A stretch of DNA of 31,879 bases, filler included, from an uncultured bacterium (GTDB lineage Bacteria; CAZDME01; JAYEMH01), in assembly GCA_964506785.1 (NCBI GenBank). It is 15 parts of 15 records of this genome, joined end to end, with 100 filler letters (N's around TTAATTAATTAA, not from the genome) between each part and the next. Parts side by side here need not be neighbours in the genome. Positions count along the whole stretch, not along the records: positions 28,618 to 30,245 come from CAZDME010000111.1; positions 30,346 to 31,879 come from CAZDME010000112.1; 13 more parts are not named here. One strand, given 5' to 3'. The notes under the pieces are model-generated. The model made no database searches and had not been told where the DNA came from. It saw nothing but the letters and a program-made list of their open reading frames with translations. The position numbers and the translations under genes are program-made. Positions 29,938 to 31,879 of the stretch are shown piece by piece (within the stretch, counting starts at the first letter, position 1; the number at the start of each line of letters is the position of its first letter).

Positions 29938-30244
29938 TTAGGGTTTCATTTCTCATTATTTCAAAAAAATCTGTGACATCCTTAATTTCAATATCAATAT
30001 CTACATTACTAACCAAAACCCCATCGGCTGTATCTGTTCCCGGGCTGAAACCGTGCATTCCCCGGGGGGGCGTATTGCCCATAAAACTGGGGTTTATCAA
30101 AGAGCCGGAATTCATCAGAAAAATTAATTCTCCATATCGTTTATCAGGGAAATAAACCCGCCACTCTTTTAACTCCTCATCGCTTAAAAGTCTGCCGTTT
30201 TTATTCCCATTAAGCATCCCGGTAATTTGTGATTTAGCCCTATC
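29930..30244 (-). CDS. 3' end of alkaline phosphatase / nucleotide pyrophosphatase family protein
   Basis: YGELIFL...PSFMG...GMHGFSP; frame is open to the contig edge. Confidence 0.7.
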   Translation of the reverse strand, partial: DRAKSQITGMLNGNKNGRLLSDEELKEWRVYFPDKRYGELIFLMNSGSLINPSFMGNTPPRGMHGFSPGTDTADGVLVSNVDIDIEIKDVTDFFEIMRNETLNE

Positions 30245-30345
30245 ANNNNNNNNNNNNNNNNNNNNNNNNNNNNNNNNNNNNNNNNNNNNTTAATTAATTA
30301 ANNNNNNNNNNNNNNNNNNNNNNNNNNNNNNNNNNNNNNNNNNNN

Positions 30346-30808
30346 AACTTAAGGCCGCATTAATATGAACCTTTTCGACGCTTTCCGCTCCGACAAATGA
30401 ATTAACGAATATAGGGAAAAAAGAGGCAATAGTGGTGATAAAATAACTCGAAAGGTCGCTTACACCAAACCAGAGAATGGCCAGAGGTATCCAGGCGATA
30501 GGCGGAATAGGCCGGATAAACTCTATGGCGGGCAGGAAATACTGCGAAAGCGATTTATTCCATCCCAGCACTATTCCCAGGGGCACAGCGATTAGAAATG
30601 CACATGTAAATCCAACAAAAACACGCCTTATGCTTGAATAGATATCAGCTAGCAGAGGCCCTTTTAATAACATCGAAAAAAACGATTTTATTATTTCTAA
30701 AGGCGGCGGCATAATAAAGGGGTTGACAAGCTTAAAATATGAACCAAGCTGCCAGATGATTAAAACCGCAAATATAACAGATAATCCCTTAAGGCTTTTC
30801 TTAATCAT
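30346..30808 (-). CDS. NitT/TauT/SsuC family ABC transporter permease, 3' truncated
   Basis: PPPLEI, SIRRVFVGF, RPIPPIAWIPLAILWFG, FFPIFVN. Confidence 0.92.
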
Positions 30809-30833
30809 TTAGAACCGAAAATATCTTTAAAAA

Positions 30834-31496
30834 TTAAAATTTTAGATTGATTGAAGTTCCCAAGGCGTTTCTATTCGACCAGTCGTTCCCTTTTTTATCG
30901 CTGCGTAAAAGATAGTAAAAATCTAAACTAACTCTCTCATTAATTTTTAACACCGTACCTAAAGAAAAACGATTCTGATTAAATTCGTTTTTTCGCTCAT
31001 CGTAAAAAATCTCTTCTGAAAAATAAGGCTTGAGCGAGCGGGTATAAAGTTTAAGTGGAAAACCTGCTTTAAAACGGCACCGGTATCTCCACCCGTCACT
31101 GGCAGGTAAATTTCTATATTCAAATCTTGAGCGTTGGCCTAACTGCATTTTTTCCGTTTTCCAACTAAAACCTGCATCTAAGATGTATCTATGCTCTTCT
31201 TCAAAATGCCCTTTACTGTCGTATTTTATAAAGCAATAACTGGGGGTAAGCGAGAAACATTCATTCAGCTTAAATGCCGAAGCGAGCTGCGCCCCTCCGT
31301 AATAAACTTTATTCATATCGTTTTTAAAGCGGCTTTGTAAAGAAATTCCTAAATTTATTTTTTCATTCAGGTCTTTACCCATATTTATAGCCGGCCAATA
31401 CTCCCAGTCGTCTTTAGCAAAGGCTTGAGGGATTCCGCTTAAAAATAGCACTGTTGCTGCAATAGCATATAACCAAAGTTTCGTTTCCTTCTTCAT
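30834..31496 (-). CDS. Outer-membrane beta-barrel protein (DUF2490-like)
   Basis: Signal peptide (AFA), EEHR, RSRFEYR, RYRCR, PYFSEEIFY, FNQNR, terminal F. Confidence 0.82.
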   Translation of the reverse strand: MKKETKLWLYAIAATVLFLSGIPQAFAKDDWEYWPAINMGKDLNEKINLGISLQSRFKNDMNKVYYGGAQLASAFKLNECFSLTPSYCFIKYDSKGHFEEEHRYILDAGFSWKTEKMQLGQRSRFEYRNLPASDGWRYRCRFKAGFPLKLYTRSLKPYFSEEIFYDERKNEFNQNRFSLGTVLKINERVSLDFYYLLRSDKKGNDWSNRNALGTSINLKF

Positions 31497-31605
31497 TATT
31501 GCCCCTTTAATATGGCTCCGGGCTGTCGAGAAATTAAAAATACATATTTAGCCACGGAATCATTAGCGGTTATGACGGGTAATCCGTTTGCCTGTAACTA
31601 TTGTT

Positions 31606-31878
31606 TTATTTACATATTTCATCCAGGTTTCTCCCTTCAACAAAATCAGGAATCTCCATTTCCATTAAACTCATAATGGTCGGGTATTGGTCAACCATCC
31701 TGACGGGCCTTTTAATTTGGTAATTTTTCTTCACCCCCGGCCCCATAATGATAAACGGTGTCCACATACCTTTAGTCTCTCGAGGCAAAATCGCCTGTTT
31801 ATAGCCGGTTTTTAAAGGAGTGGTAAAAACACTTAAATCCTCAGTCATTTCTTCATTCCAGCCAAATCCGGCTTCATT
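31606..31878 (-). CDS. 3' end of alkaline phosphatase/sulfatase-superfamily protein
   Basis: PFIIMGPGVKK...VDQYPTIMSLM...VEGRNL; frame is open to the window edge. Confidence 0.75.
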   Translation of the reverse strand, partial: NEAGFGWNEEMTEDLSVFTTPLKTGYKQAILPRETKGMWTPFIIMGPGVKKNYQIKRPVRMVDQYPTIMSLMEMEIPDFVEGRNLDEICK

Positions 31879-31879
31879 G

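Overview
This window is not contiguous genome. It consists of 15 short contigs (about 2.5 down to 1.5 kb, sorted by decreasing length) joined by artificial 100-nt linkers (N44-TTAATTAATTAA-N44), so gene neighbourhood is meaningful only within a contig and many CDSs are cut at the edges. The source is a diderm bacterium with LPS genes; several PilZ proteins and a MOMP-like barrel end suggest a PVC/Omnitrophota-like MAG (inference only; the bin may be mixed). Most content is housekeeping or envelope genes: kdsD-kdsC-LpxL-type acyltransferase-PilZ-lptC, clpP-clpX, mraZ-rsmH, Zn-ribbon-rnhA-rnpB, dinB, a DnaE-family polymerase, LemA/TPM/NTase, glycosyltransferases and radical SAM enzymes. The most unusual region is contig 7817-10149. 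It has three tRNA-Ser genes (GGA, CGA, TGA), each followed by a 210-390 bp hairpin-rich, ORF-less segment ending in a displaced copy of a tRNA-Ser 3' end. Two segments share a 78-nt two-hairpin module with compensatory base changes, and the cluster also has a GIY-YIG nuclease relic and an IS481-like terminus. This is a candidate family of miniature tRNA-targeted elements. Other oddities: a palindromic element in-frame inside a membrane-protein gene with look-alikes in RNase P RNA helices, a DnaE split before its OB fold, and a signal-peptide-PLD-HTH protein in a polysaccharide operon.
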